Assembly: GCA_963719515.1 (NCBI GenBank)
Contig: CAVRCJ010000011.1
Location: 1-64,000 of the forward strand
DNA length: 64,000 bases
From: an uncultured cyanobacterium
GTDB taxonomy: Bacteria > Cyanobacteriota > Cyanobacteriia > CAKZMO01
Direction: 5' to 3'
Position numbers and translations under genes: made by a program. How positions within the stretch are numbered: position 1 is the first letter of the stretch; each line of letters starts with the position of its first letter. The notes beneath the pieces are model-generated. The model saw only the letters and a program-made list of their open reading frames with translations, searched no databases and was not told the origin of the DNA. This document shows, piece after piece, positions 32,641 through 41,221 of this stretch.

Positions 32641-33431
32641 CGAATAAAGTCTGAGCAAAAATGAAGTAAAAGACATTGGCTAAAAAGCTTGCCAGCCCGA
32701 CTAGCATAAGCGCCACCGAGAGCTTTACCACCAGCCACCGCCGCCGCGTCCCGGCCCTCGCCTCTTGCATCGTGGCCTGCGTCAGCGTCGCCCCATCCAG
32801 CCGCACCCCCCGCAAATCCGCCCCACTCAAGTCCGCCCCCGACAGATCCGCATTCCGCAAATCCATCCCCCGCAGCAATGCCCCGCTCAAATTCACACGG
32901 CGAAATTCCCGCTCGTTCTGGCGGTAGCGGCGGCGGAGTTCTTTAAGGGTGAGAGGAAGGATTGGGCATAGCGCGGGCGGCGGGCAAAAGGCTTTCGGGG
33001 CTGTTTCACGGTCGAGCTTATTATACGAGCGATCTTTCTTCCTCTTGGAGATCCCCGGGTTCTTTTTAGGAGGTTGGAGACGGCATCAAACGTGGAGCAG
33101 AACCCGGGGATCCGGAGCCGCCTACCACCCGGCGTGCCAAAAAAAATCCCAAATATTTCCCCACTACGGTTGCCACCACCGCCAATAATGCCCTATTGTC
33201 TTGAGCTAGAGCCGTGGTCCCCATGGTTCTAGTCTCCCAAAAATTCGGTCGGGCGGAGCTGCGGGTTGGTGCAAACAACCCGTAGCCCCTAATCCCACAA
33301 GACAGAGGTAGCTGTCTCGGTAGGACTGAGGTTGATCATAAGAGATACCCGTGTCATCCCGAGCAAAACACCGTTTTGGGGGGTGGCCGGTTTTTGGGGG
33401 ACTCCAACCCAACACATAAACGGAGTCCCTC

Positions 33432-33782
33432 ATGTCATCTCAATTCCATCCGCTGTCCTTGGCTCAAGAGGCGGCACAGCTCGCAGTGCGGCAGCATCTC
33501 GCAGCGCAGGCTGCCCTGCAGTCGCCTCCCCCCACGGAGGCCGCACCGCACATCCCCGCCCTCATCGAGCCAGCGCCCGCGCCGGGGTGTGAGCATCTGC
33601 GTCACATCATCATCGGCTCTCCCGAAGGCGTGCAGGAAGCGATCGCCCGTCTCCATCTGCTGCATTACATCGAGCGGCACTACTGGACGCCCCTCATCAC
33701 CATTGGGGAGCAGGGCCTCCACCTCACCCCCGCCCACGGCCAGGTGCTCAGCTATCTAGTGCAGCAGCGGCCCCTCCGCTAG
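33432..33782 (+). CDS. small cyanobacterial hypothetical protein
   Basis: EHLRHIIIGSPEGVQEAIARLHLLHY..WTPL; GGAG RBS at 33422. Confidence 0.7.
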   Translation: MSSQFHPLSLAQEAAQLAVRQHLAAQAALQSPPPTEAAPHIPALIEPAPAPGCEHLRHIIIGSPEGVQEAIARLHLLHYIERHYWTPLITIGEQGLHLTPAHGQVLSYLVQQRPLR

Positions 33783-33954
33783 CTTGCGCCTAGCGCTGCT
33801 TAACCCGCCCCTGTTGTTGCCAGTACAGTTGATGTCGGCGCAGGGGCGATAGGTGTTCTGCATTCGCTTCGCGAACGTAGTGTAGCTGCCAGCAAAAGGG
33901 CGTTTGAAAAGTGTCGAGTAAAGCCTTATGCTCTGGCTTCACCCCCCTTAGCTA

Positions 33955-34343
33955 CTAGACAGGAAGCCCCGCGCTCTACCCGCTAGGGTGAGCGTCGGGA
34001 TGAGAGTCGCGCTAGCCGAAGTGCGCCCGCAAAATGATGCACAGCGGATAGTGCGCTCAGCGCTGAGGCTAGCAGTTGGTATGATAGAGATAGCAAGGTG
34101 ATACACCCCGCAAAGAGTGTGACGGGCCCGTAGGCGAAAGCTGCAAGTCACCCGTTCCTCAGTTTGCAAATGTATCTGCGACACATAGTGCGTATCCTCC
34201 CTCGCGGAGATGAAAATTCAAAACTCTGCCGTGGGGCATCAGGCGGAGTATAAACCTATCTCAGGATATGTCTCGGCAATAGCTGGGAGTCACTGAGGAA
34301 GCCCGCGCTGTACAGCTTGCTGTCAGCGTCGGGAGGATGTCAC
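33955..34343 (+). mobile_element. ORF-less IS200/IS605-derived element 1 (left boundary approximate)
   Basis: left hairpin GAAGCCCCGCGCT...AGCGTCGGGATG; right hairpin GAAGCCCGCGCTG...CAGCGTCGGGAGGATGTCAC. Confidence 0.7.
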
Positions 34344-34356
34344 TCCCCCCAGAATT

Positions 34357-34599
34357 GATACCGCTGGCGAATTTCATGTCTTGTTACATCTCGGCTATTT
34401 CCTGCCCCGGAGAAGCCCCCTTTTCTGGTATGGCCCGAAGGGCTTTAAGCCCCCAATTGAGGGGACTTCAGAGAGGTTGGAACTCCTTAAAGTCAATAGC
34501 CGCAAATAGTATGGCCACTGCTCCGGTTCCCCCAGAATTGGGGGTTAGGGGGCCTCGAAAGCGTGCAGCTCGATTACGAAATGTTTCGCCAGCGGTATC
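34357..34599. mobile_element. inner MITE with 15-bp TIRs
   Basis: GATACCGCTGGCGAA (34357-34371) / TTCGCCAGCGGTATC (34585-34599); contains CCCCCAGAATTGGGGG palindrome. Confidence 0.7.
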
Positions 34600-34721
34600 T
34601 TGGTAAGGGGGGAAACCGCAATTCTCCCTCTTATCAAGGGGGAGATAGAAGGGGTAATGCAGAGCGTTTGCTACTTTTCAAACGCCCTCTTAACAGCGTT
34701 ATGAAACAAATCTTTAGCTAG

Positions 34722-35166
34722 TTCGTGACAGCCCCGCGCTGTATGCGCAGCATCAGCGTCGGGATGTAAGCGAGCGAGTCGAGGTGCGCCCTTGACTGGA
34801 TGCCGAAGGCGGCAATTAAGGGCAGCGCCGAGGCGAGCAAAGGGTACAATTGAACCAAGCTCAAACTATTTCATGGCGGCGGCCTGCTATCCTGACACAA
34901 ACGTACAGCCCTTGGCTGGTGAACAGTGCAAACGGTAGAAAACGTAGCTGGAAATTGAATACTCGTCACTGTCTGGGGTTGGTCATTGCCTGGACATTAA
35001 ACAAATTGCCTGTCGATGGGATCTAATCGGGGTTGCACGGCTTGCTGCGTAACTAGACAGGACCAGATGAAGCAGGAAACCTTCTTGCGCGGCATCCATT
35101 AAATTGTGGTACGTGAGCCAAGAAGCCCGCGCTCTATCTAAAAGATGAGCGTCGGGAGTATGTCAC
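34722..35166 (+). mobile_element. ORF-less IS200/IS605-derived element 2 (left boundary approximate)
   Basis: left GACAGCCCCGCGCTG...CAGCGTCGGGATG; right GAAGCCCGCGCT...AGCGTCGGGAGTATGTCAC; internal GATGAAGCAGGAA resembles tnpB 3' ends. Confidence 0.7.
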
Positions 35167-35220
35167 CGGCCATGATCTGCGATCGCCTCCTTTAACGCAC
35201 TCCTCCCTTCTGAAATCCCC

Positions 35221-35652
35221 TCAAAGCTTCAGCTTCGCCGCCATCTCATCCAAATCTTCCCGCGTGTACTCCATCCAATCCCGCTCCCGAAACGCCACCC
35301 GCCCGTCCTCCACATAGGCCAAATGCTTGTGCATAATATCCAGCGGGTCATACTGCGGCAGCACGTGCAGATGGGCATGGGGCACCCCAAACCCATGCAC
35401 CACCATCCCCACCCGCAGCGGCTCGTACACCTCTCGAACCTTGCGGCCCACCCGCTGCGCCACCACAATAATCTTCGCCGATAGCTCATCAGTCATGTCG
35501 GTGAAATGGTCAATATGCGCCCTCGGAATTACCAGGCAAGCGCCCCTGTAAACCGGCTGTAGCGGAATGATCGCCATAATCGCGTCATCCTCGTAAACCA
35601 CGCTGGCCGGAGCCTCTCCAGCCGCGATCGCACAAAACGGGCAATTTTCCAT
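35221..35652 (-). CDS. HIT family nucleotide hydrolase
   Basis: CPFCAI, VPHAHLHVLP. Confidence 0.92.
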   Translation of the reverse strand: MENCPFCAIAAGEAPASVVYEDDAIMAIIPLQPVYRGACLVIPRAHIDHFTDMTDELSAKIIVVAQRVGRKVREVYEPLRVGMVVHGFGVPHAHLHVLPQYDPLDIMHKHLAYVEDGRVAFRERDWMEYTREDLDEMAAKLKL

Positions 35653-35721
35653 AGGAGTTGCGGGGCGAAACGGTACGCCTTTATTTATAGCAACTGCCCT
35701 GACCTGTTAGGACAGTTGCGC

Positions 35722-35782
35722 GTTCAGTTGCCTACGCAACGTCGAGGCTCTAGGCAAATTGGACTGTTCTAAGCAACTGAAC
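35722..35782 (+). mobile_element. ~60-bp mini inverted-repeat element, copy A
   Basis: GTTCAGTTGCCTA...TAAGCAACTGAAC; inverted homologue at 54723-54782. Confidence 0.75.
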
Positions 35783-35962
35783 CAATGTAGTAAGCCCGGA
35801 TAAATCGGGAATGGGAACCTGTGGTCGTGAATTTATATAGGGCGATCGCTACCCGCTGTGCCGCAGTCTAGCCCCCCTATGGCTGCGGGATGCATCTGGC
35901 ATCGCCCCATGCGACTTCAAACGCCACACCAAACCACTCATCCCCCTAGGAGTAGTCATAAA

Positions 35963-37609
35963 ATGTCTTTTACAGACCATTGGCTTGGGAGTCCCAAGCC
36001 TCTCAACATCACTTCCGCGATATCAAAACTCATCAACCGGCTACGGCGGCATCCTGTAGCAGTTCGTCCCCTGCAAATGGCGCTGATCGCCCTCATCTTT
36101 GCCCTGAGCTTCACGGCCCAGGTGAATGCAGAGGAACTGCGCTACGAAGCCGTTTGGAGCTCAGGCACCGGCTCCAACATTGTCACCGAGCCGCTGACTA
36201 GAAGCGCCTTTCTTGAGCGGGGCGGGCAGCTGACCGCCGATGGCCTGCGCCTCATTGATGTCGAGACGGCGGTGCTCAACGGCGATCGCATCTACACCGG
36301 CCTCTGGGTTGGCGGTTCAGGCAGCAATTTTTTTGATGGCCCCATGTCTAGGCCGGCATTCAATCAAGTTCGACAGCAGCGACAAAGGCAGGGCCTTAGG
36401 TTAGTCGACTTTGAGGTTTTTCGCGATGGTGACGGGAACCGGCGCTTCCTCGGCGTGTGGCGCTCGGGTAGCGGCGCAGAGAGTCTGACGCTGCCCCGCA
36501 ATGAAGAAGATTTCATTGCGCTAGGCAAAGAGTTGACCTCAGAGGGTCTGAGGTTGGTCGACGTAGAAATCGAGCGCATCCAGGGCGAGCTGAGATATAA
36601 CGGGCTTTGGCGTGAGGGAACGGGCGCGAATCTGTTCACGCCCCCTCGCCGGATAGCCGCATTCCGTAACTTAAGAGACCAGATGGTGGCAGACGGCCTC
36701 GAGCTGGTCGATGTCGAGAAGGTCGGACGGGGAAGCTTGGCAGGCTATGTCGGGGTTTGGGCCTCTGGAAATGGTGAGAGCAGACTCTCTAGAGCGCGGA
36801 GCTTCAGCAGCTTTACCGACTTTGGCGAGCAGCAGACCGCCGAGGGTATGCGGACTCAGGACCTAGAAATCTTCCGCGTTGCCACCACTAGTCCGCCTCC
36901 CGGCGGCGGCAGCGGCCCCAACGGCAATGCCTCGGTGGAAGACCTGCCTGACCTACCGGCCTGGATTCAGCTCTCGGGCGATGCGAGATTGATCGTCGAC
37001 TTTGGCTCCACAATCGACGGCAACCCCCGCGTGACCCTGCCCGTCGACTTTCTACCAGACTTCTTGCCGACGAAAAATGGAGAGCAGGTGATCCCCGACA
37101 ATTTTTGCGGATTCAACGTCCGCAAAGCAGACTCTTTCTTCTGGCAAACCCAGGCCAACCAAGTGGTCACCGATTTCCCCTACAACGCGGTTGAAGAGGT
37201 GAGCGATTTAGGAAGCGACGCGTTTCTGGGCGGTCTTGAGTTCACGGGTCCTATCGGTCAATGTGCAGGGGAAAACGAACCCTGGCAGTTCTTCCAGCCG
37301 CTAACCCAAACTGGCGGAGACAGCCCTACCCCGAACCTGAAGCTGGTGGTTCAGCTGACCCAGGGATCTGAAATTGAGTTTCTCAACTTCAACATTCACG
37401 CTGGCGAGCCCCTAGACGCCCGGGAGCTGTTCAGCGACGAGGTGTTTAAGAAAATTGAGGCGATCGCTGAAGCCTTTGAGTCCCTTGGGGAAGACAACGG
37501 CTACTGCAGCATCGACAACTACGTTCAGAAGATCTGCAAAGAAGAGGAAGAAGGGGACGCGCCCGTGGGGTCTTGCCCCGTGAGTGACGACTTCTCGTCA
37601 CCGTGCTGA
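35963..37609 (+). CDS. secreted protein with five tandem repeats (BTRD1/polyglycine-hydrolase-repeat-like) and a Cys-containing C-terminal domain
   Basis: AGGAG RBS; signal-like MALIALIFALSFTAQVNA; repeats Y/F-x-G/A-V/L-W-x-x-G ... G-L-R-L-V-D-V-E. Confidence 0.75.
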   Translation: MSFTDHWLGSPKPLNITSAISKLINRLRRHPVAVRPLQMALIALIFALSFTAQVNAEELRYEAVWSSGTGSNIVTEPLTRSAFLERGGQLTADGLRLIDVETAVLNGDRIYTGLWVGGSGSNFFDGPMSRPAFNQVRQQRQRQGLRLVDFEVFRDGDGNRRFLGVWRSGSGAESLTLPRNEEDFIALGKELTSEGLRLVDVEIERIQGELRYNGLWREGTGANLFTPPRRIAAFRNLRDQMVADGLELVDVEKVGRGSLAGYVGVWASGNGESRLSRARSFSSFTDFGEQQTAEGMRTQDLEIFRVATTSPPPGGGSGPNGNASVEDLPDLPAWIQLSGDARLIVDFGSTIDGNPRVTLPVDFLPDFLPTKNGEQVIPDNFCGFNVRKADSFFWQTQANQVVTDFPYNAVEEVSDLGSDAFLGGLEFTGPIGQCAGENEPWQFFQPLTQTGGDSPTPNLKLVVQLTQGSEIEFLNFNIHAGEPLDARELFSDEVFKKIEAIAEAFESLGEDNGYCSIDNYVQKICKEEEEGDAPVGSCPVSDDFSSPC

Positions 37610-38119
37610 TGAGGCAGGCGCACCTGTTTCATCGTTTCCTGTTTCATCGTTTCCTGCTTCATCGCTCCTTGATCTAGCCCTCGGGGCTGGGGTGGCTTGA
37701 ACCTGGTCCTGCAAAAGCTGGAGCTGCCGCTGATTCGACTGGACCGACTCGGTCAGCGCCTCTAGCTCTGTGGGGATATCTTCCCGCAGGGCCTCTAGCC
37801 GCCTGTTGTGGGTTTGCAGCTGGGCTTCTATGGCCTCTAGACGCTCTTGAGCTTCTATGGCGCTGATTTCCGCCTGCTCTAGGTCGCGCTGGGCAATTTG
37901 CTCCTGCACCAGCAGGCGATAGGCCAGCCAGCCGGCCAGCCCAAACGCAATTAACACGGCAACGACCAAGCCTAGAAGCAGCGTCTGCACTAAACCGCGC
38001 GTCCGGGATAGCTTAGTCTGCAGGTGTTCGACCGTGCTCTTGAGGCTGGTGTGTCGCTCCTGCAGCGTCTCTAAAGAGAGCTGGGGGGTGCGGCTGGGAT
38101 TGGAATTAGGGGTAGCCAT
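37598..38119 (-). CDS. single-TM coiled-coil protein
   Basis: TM LLLGLVVAVLIAFGLAGWL; heptad-rich; DETGN repeats near the C-terminus. Confidence 0.75.
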   Translation of the reverse strand: MATPNSNPSRTPQLSLETLQERHTSLKSTVEHLQTKLSRTRGLVQTLLLGLVVAVLIAFGLAGWLAYRLLVQEQIAQRDLEQAEISAIEAQERLEAIEAQLQTHNRRLEALREDIPTELEALTESVQSNQRQLQLLQDQVQATPAPRARSRSDEAGNDETGNDETGAPASSAR

Positions 38120-38146
38120 GGCAGGGAAAGGTGTCTCGCGCTCAAA

Positions 38147-39253
38147 CTATAACGACATGGGCGAATCGACGTAGACCGTCGGTTCCGGGACAGCAAAGGT
38201 TAGGTTGTAGGCTCGCAGCTGCTGGGCGATCGCAGAATTCGCGAGCTCTAGCAGCCGCTTGCGCAGCTCTAAAGAGTTTTTGCTGGGGTTTGTAATAAAG
38301 AAAAAGACGCGGGTGCGGCTGCTTCCGCCTTCCGTCACATGCTGCACCCGCGTACTTGCCTTGTCAAAGCCCCAAAAGATCTGGCTTTCTCGCTCTACGA
38401 CCTGGGTCACCAAAGCCTGCTCCTCAACCTCTAACCGTCGGGTAAAGGCGAGAACCAGCATCGCCATGGTTTTCTTCCCCCGGCTAACGTTCTCGATATT
38501 TTTACTGGCCATAGTGGAGTTAGGCACAATCATCATCGTATTTTGGGCAATCAGGCGAATTTTGGTAGACCGCAGCCCCACCGCCTCCACCCGGCCGTAG
38601 ACGTCTTCCCCGTAGGGGTTAAAGTTGACGCGGATGTGCTCCCCAGAGACATAGGGGCGATCGAGGTAGAGTTCTAGGGTGCCAAACAGTCGGCTCAGGG
38701 TTTGCTGGGCCGCAAATGCCACCGCCGCCCCGCTAATGCCTAGGCCAGCCCCTAGCGCTACTAAGTTTACCCGTAGCCCGATGGCAAAAATCACAACCGC
38801 CAGAATAACAATTGCCACATAGATCAACGTCTCGAAGATCAGCACCACTTCACTCACCTCGCCAAACCAGCGGCGCACCAGAGCGATCACCGAGCGATGG
38901 ACGACCTGCCGCGCCACGCGAGAGGCCAACCAGCCCAGAGTGATGGACAGGGCCGAGTAGACGAAAAATCCCAGGAAGCTGTAGACGTCTTCGTACTTCA
39001 CCAGCAGCGTCAGGGCGATCGCCACAAACAGCAGCGCCCCGGCGACCACGATGGAGTCGCGGAAGGGACGGATAAACCGGTTATAGGTCTGGCCATCACC
39101 AATCCCCCAGCGCGCCATCAGGCTCAGCCCGTAGTGCACTAGCCTGACGAACCGCTGGCCCACAAAGGGGGAAGCCACCACCGCTACTGTAAAAATGCCG
39201 AGTCGGCTCAGCAGCTCGATGACGTATCGCCGAATTTCGGGGTCTATCTCCAC
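38147..39253 (-). CDS. MscS family mechanosensitive channel
   Basis: GRVEAVGLRSTKIR, VPNS. Confidence 0.88.
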   Translation of the reverse strand: MEIDPEIRRYVIELLSRLGIFTVAVVASPFVGQRFVRLVHYGLSLMARWGIGDGQTYNRFIRPFRDSIVVAGALLFVAIALTLLVKYEDVYSFLGFFVYSALSITLGWLASRVARQVVHRSVIALVRRWFGEVSEVVLIFETLIYVAIVILAVVIFAIGLRVNLVALGAGLGISGAAVAFAAQQTLSRLFGTLELYLDRPYVSGEHIRVNFNPYGEDVYGRVEAVGLRSTKIRLIAQNTMMIVPNSTMASKNIENVSRGKKTMAMLVLAFTRRLEVEEQALVTQVVERESQIFWGFDKASTRVQHVTEGGSSRTRVFFFITNPSKNSLELRKRLLELANSAIAQQLRAYNLTFAVPEPTVYVDSPMSL

Positions 39254-39296
39254 TCGCCGCCGCTCAAGTCACTAAAGGCACCAAATCGCTGGGTCA

Positions 39297-40316
39297 TCAG
39301 ATCGTCATGGGCTGACTGACGTCAACAACGCTTTCGCTCATGTCAAATTCGACGCCGTAGTCCCGCAGCCGTCTCACCATATTCTCACGGGCCATCTCCA
39401 GTAACCCCTGGCGCAGCTCCATTGATCTCCCGGTTGCCCCCAAAATGAAGAAGGTGACTTGAGCCTGGGTGATACCCTGACCGGCACCGTCTACCGAGTC
39501 TTGGTAGGTGACCTGGGTAAGGCGATGGTCGATGCCGGCAATGTCGCTGGTGCTGCTAAAAATAAGCTGCTCAATCAGCGCTTTCTCCTCGACGTTCATG
39601 TTGCGAAAAAAGGTCAGCGTGACGATGGAAATGACCCGCCGCGCCCCCGTCATGTTTTCGACGCTGATCTGAGCCAAGTTGCTGTTAGGAATCACCACCA
39701 GCGTATTTTTTCCCGACAGACGCACCTTGGTTGAGCGCCATCCCATAGACTCTACTCGCCCGATGGTGCGGTCGGGTAAGCGAATGTAGTCGTCAATCAC
39801 GAAGGGGCGGTCGATAAATAAAACAACGCTCCACAAAATTTGCTCAATCACCTTTTGGGAGGCGAAAGCGATCGCGAACCCGCCGATGCCGAGGCTAGCG
39901 GCTAGGCCAATGAGGTTGACGCGGTGGGCCTGGGCGAAGCAAAAGATCACCACCAAGACGGCGGCGGCTTCGGCCACAAGCTTTCCCAGGGTCAGCAGCT
40001 CGCTGTTGATTTTGCGCTCGTCTCGAATGGCAATCTCTAGCAAGTAGGTGTCGAACAGCTGCGACGACAGCTCGAAGCTAAGGGCCACAACGGCGATCGC
40101 CAGCAGAAGGCTCAGGGGCAGCTCTACTACGCTTAGCCAAGCCGCGTGAGGAACAGTGAGAATAGCGAGGTCAACTGCGATCAGGCCCGTGACCCAAGCC
40201 AAGTCTATTCGGAAGGGCTTGAGTACGTCTTGGTAAAATCTATCGGCGGCGGGAGAGCTGACCCAAGTGGCGATCGCGTCGAACAGCCTTGAATAGGTTG
40301 ACAGGGGAGAAGCCAT
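39297..40316 (-). CDS. MscS family mechanosensitive channel
   Basis: DRPFVIDDYI, GRVESMGWRSTKVR, IPNS. Confidence 0.88.
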   Translation of the reverse strand: MASPLSTYSRLFDAIATWVSSPAADRFYQDVLKPFRIDLAWVTGLIAVDLAILTVPHAAWLSVVELPLSLLLAIAVVALSFELSSQLFDTYLLEIAIRDERKINSELLTLGKLVAEAAAVLVVIFCFAQAHRVNLIGLAASLGIGGFAIAFASQKVIEQILWSVVLFIDRPFVIDDYIRLPDRTIGRVESMGWRSTKVRLSGKNTLVVIPNSNLAQISVENMTGARRVISIVTLTFFRNMNVEEKALIEQLIFSSTSDIAGIDHRLTQVTYQDSVDGAGQGITQAQVTFFILGATGRSMELRQGLLEMARENMVRRLRDYGVEFDMSESVVDVSQPMTI

Positions 40317-40442
40317 AGCGCAGGGTTAGCCAGATTGCCTTCATTCTAGGCGATCGCTTGAGACCGTATGTCTAACAGCCCGCCGCGCCTTTGGAGGAAA
40401 GACTGCTAGCTCGACGGCGCGCTAGAGGCGATGGCGGGAGGG

Positions 40443-40988
40443 CTACCCCACTCGCCGCGCCTCAGCGCCAAGGCTGCTCTCTTGCTCTAGCTCCCGCAGC
40501 AGCAGGGCGATCGCTTTCCCCGATACCGGCTCTACCCAGTCCGGCGCAATCTCCGCTAAGGGAACCAGCACAAACGCCCGCTCAGCCATTCGGGGGTGGG
40601 GCACCTGCAGCTCAGGCTGGTCAATCACCAAATGGTCATACAGCAGCAAATCGAGATCCAGGGTCCGCGGCCCCCAACGCTCGCGCCGCTGCCGCCCAAA
40701 CTGCTGCTCAGTGGTCAACATCTGCCCCAGCAGCTCAAATGCGGACAGCCTCGTCTCTAGGACCGCGCAGGCGTTGAGATAATCGGGCTGAGGCGGACCA
40801 ACGGCGGCGGTTTGGTAGGCGCTAGACCGGCAGCGTACGGCCACGTCGGGGTGCGAATTTAGCGCCTCAAGAGCACCCGTCAACGTGGCCTGCGAGTCCC
40901 CCAAATTGCTGCCCAGGGCGATCGCGGCCCGGTGAAGGGGGTGCTCAGGCGCTGGTCGCTTAGACCGCAGGGGCTCAGGGACTACCAC
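40443..40988 (-). CDS. folK: 6-hydroxymethyl-7,8-dihydropterin pyrophosphokinase
   Basis: IALGSNLGD, QPDYLNA, RWGPRTLDLDLL, PHPRM..RAFVLVPL; GTG overlapping the ferredoxin stop chosen as start. Confidence 0.92.
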   Translation of the reverse strand: MVVPEPLRSKRPAPEHPLHRAAIALGSNLGDSQATLTGALEALNSHPDVAVRCRSSAYQTAAVGPPQPDYLNACAVLETRLSAFELLGQMLTTEQQFGRQRRERWGPRTLDLDLLLYDHLVIDQPELQVPHPRMAERAFVLVPLAEIAPDWVEPVSGKAIALLLRELEQESSLGAEARRVG

Positions 40989-41221
40989 GTAGGGTCCACC
41001 GCGAGATTTACCGTCAGCTGCGATCGCCCCGCTGGCACCGCGGAAATGCAGGAGCACAGAACTGTCCCGTCCCCTAGCTCCACTTCGCAGGCGTGGCAGG
41101 AGCCCATGAGGCAACCCGTCGGAATCGAGACGCCCGCCCGCTCCGCCACCTGCAGCAGAGGCTCACCGGCTGTAGCCTCTACTGTGATGTCGTCCGGTAA
41201 AAAGTGGACGGCTACGGTCAT
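40982..41221 (-). CDS. 2Fe-2S ferredoxin-like protein
   Basis: GCLMGSCHAC...C. Confidence 0.9.
   Translation of the reverse strand: MTVAVHFLPDDITVEATAGEPLLQVAERAGVSIPTGCLMGSCHACEVELGDGTVLCSCISAVPAGRSQLTVNLAVDPTW

Larger units (their letters stand above)
30788..32969 (-). pseudogene. membrane-anchored pentapeptide-repeat protein disrupted by a MITE (and a +1 shift near 32957)
   Basis: ORFs 32612-32896 and 30788-32503 join in frame (FAQTLFA-PKVTTFG) when 32517-32640 plus one TSD is removed; A(D/N)LxG pentapeptides, TM region, coiled coil. Confidence 0.85.
33897..34688. mobile_element. outer MITE with 16-bp TIRs hosting nested insertions
   Basis: AGGGCGTTTGAAAAGT (33897-33912) / ACTTTTCAAACGCCCT (34673-34688). 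Confidence 0.7.
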
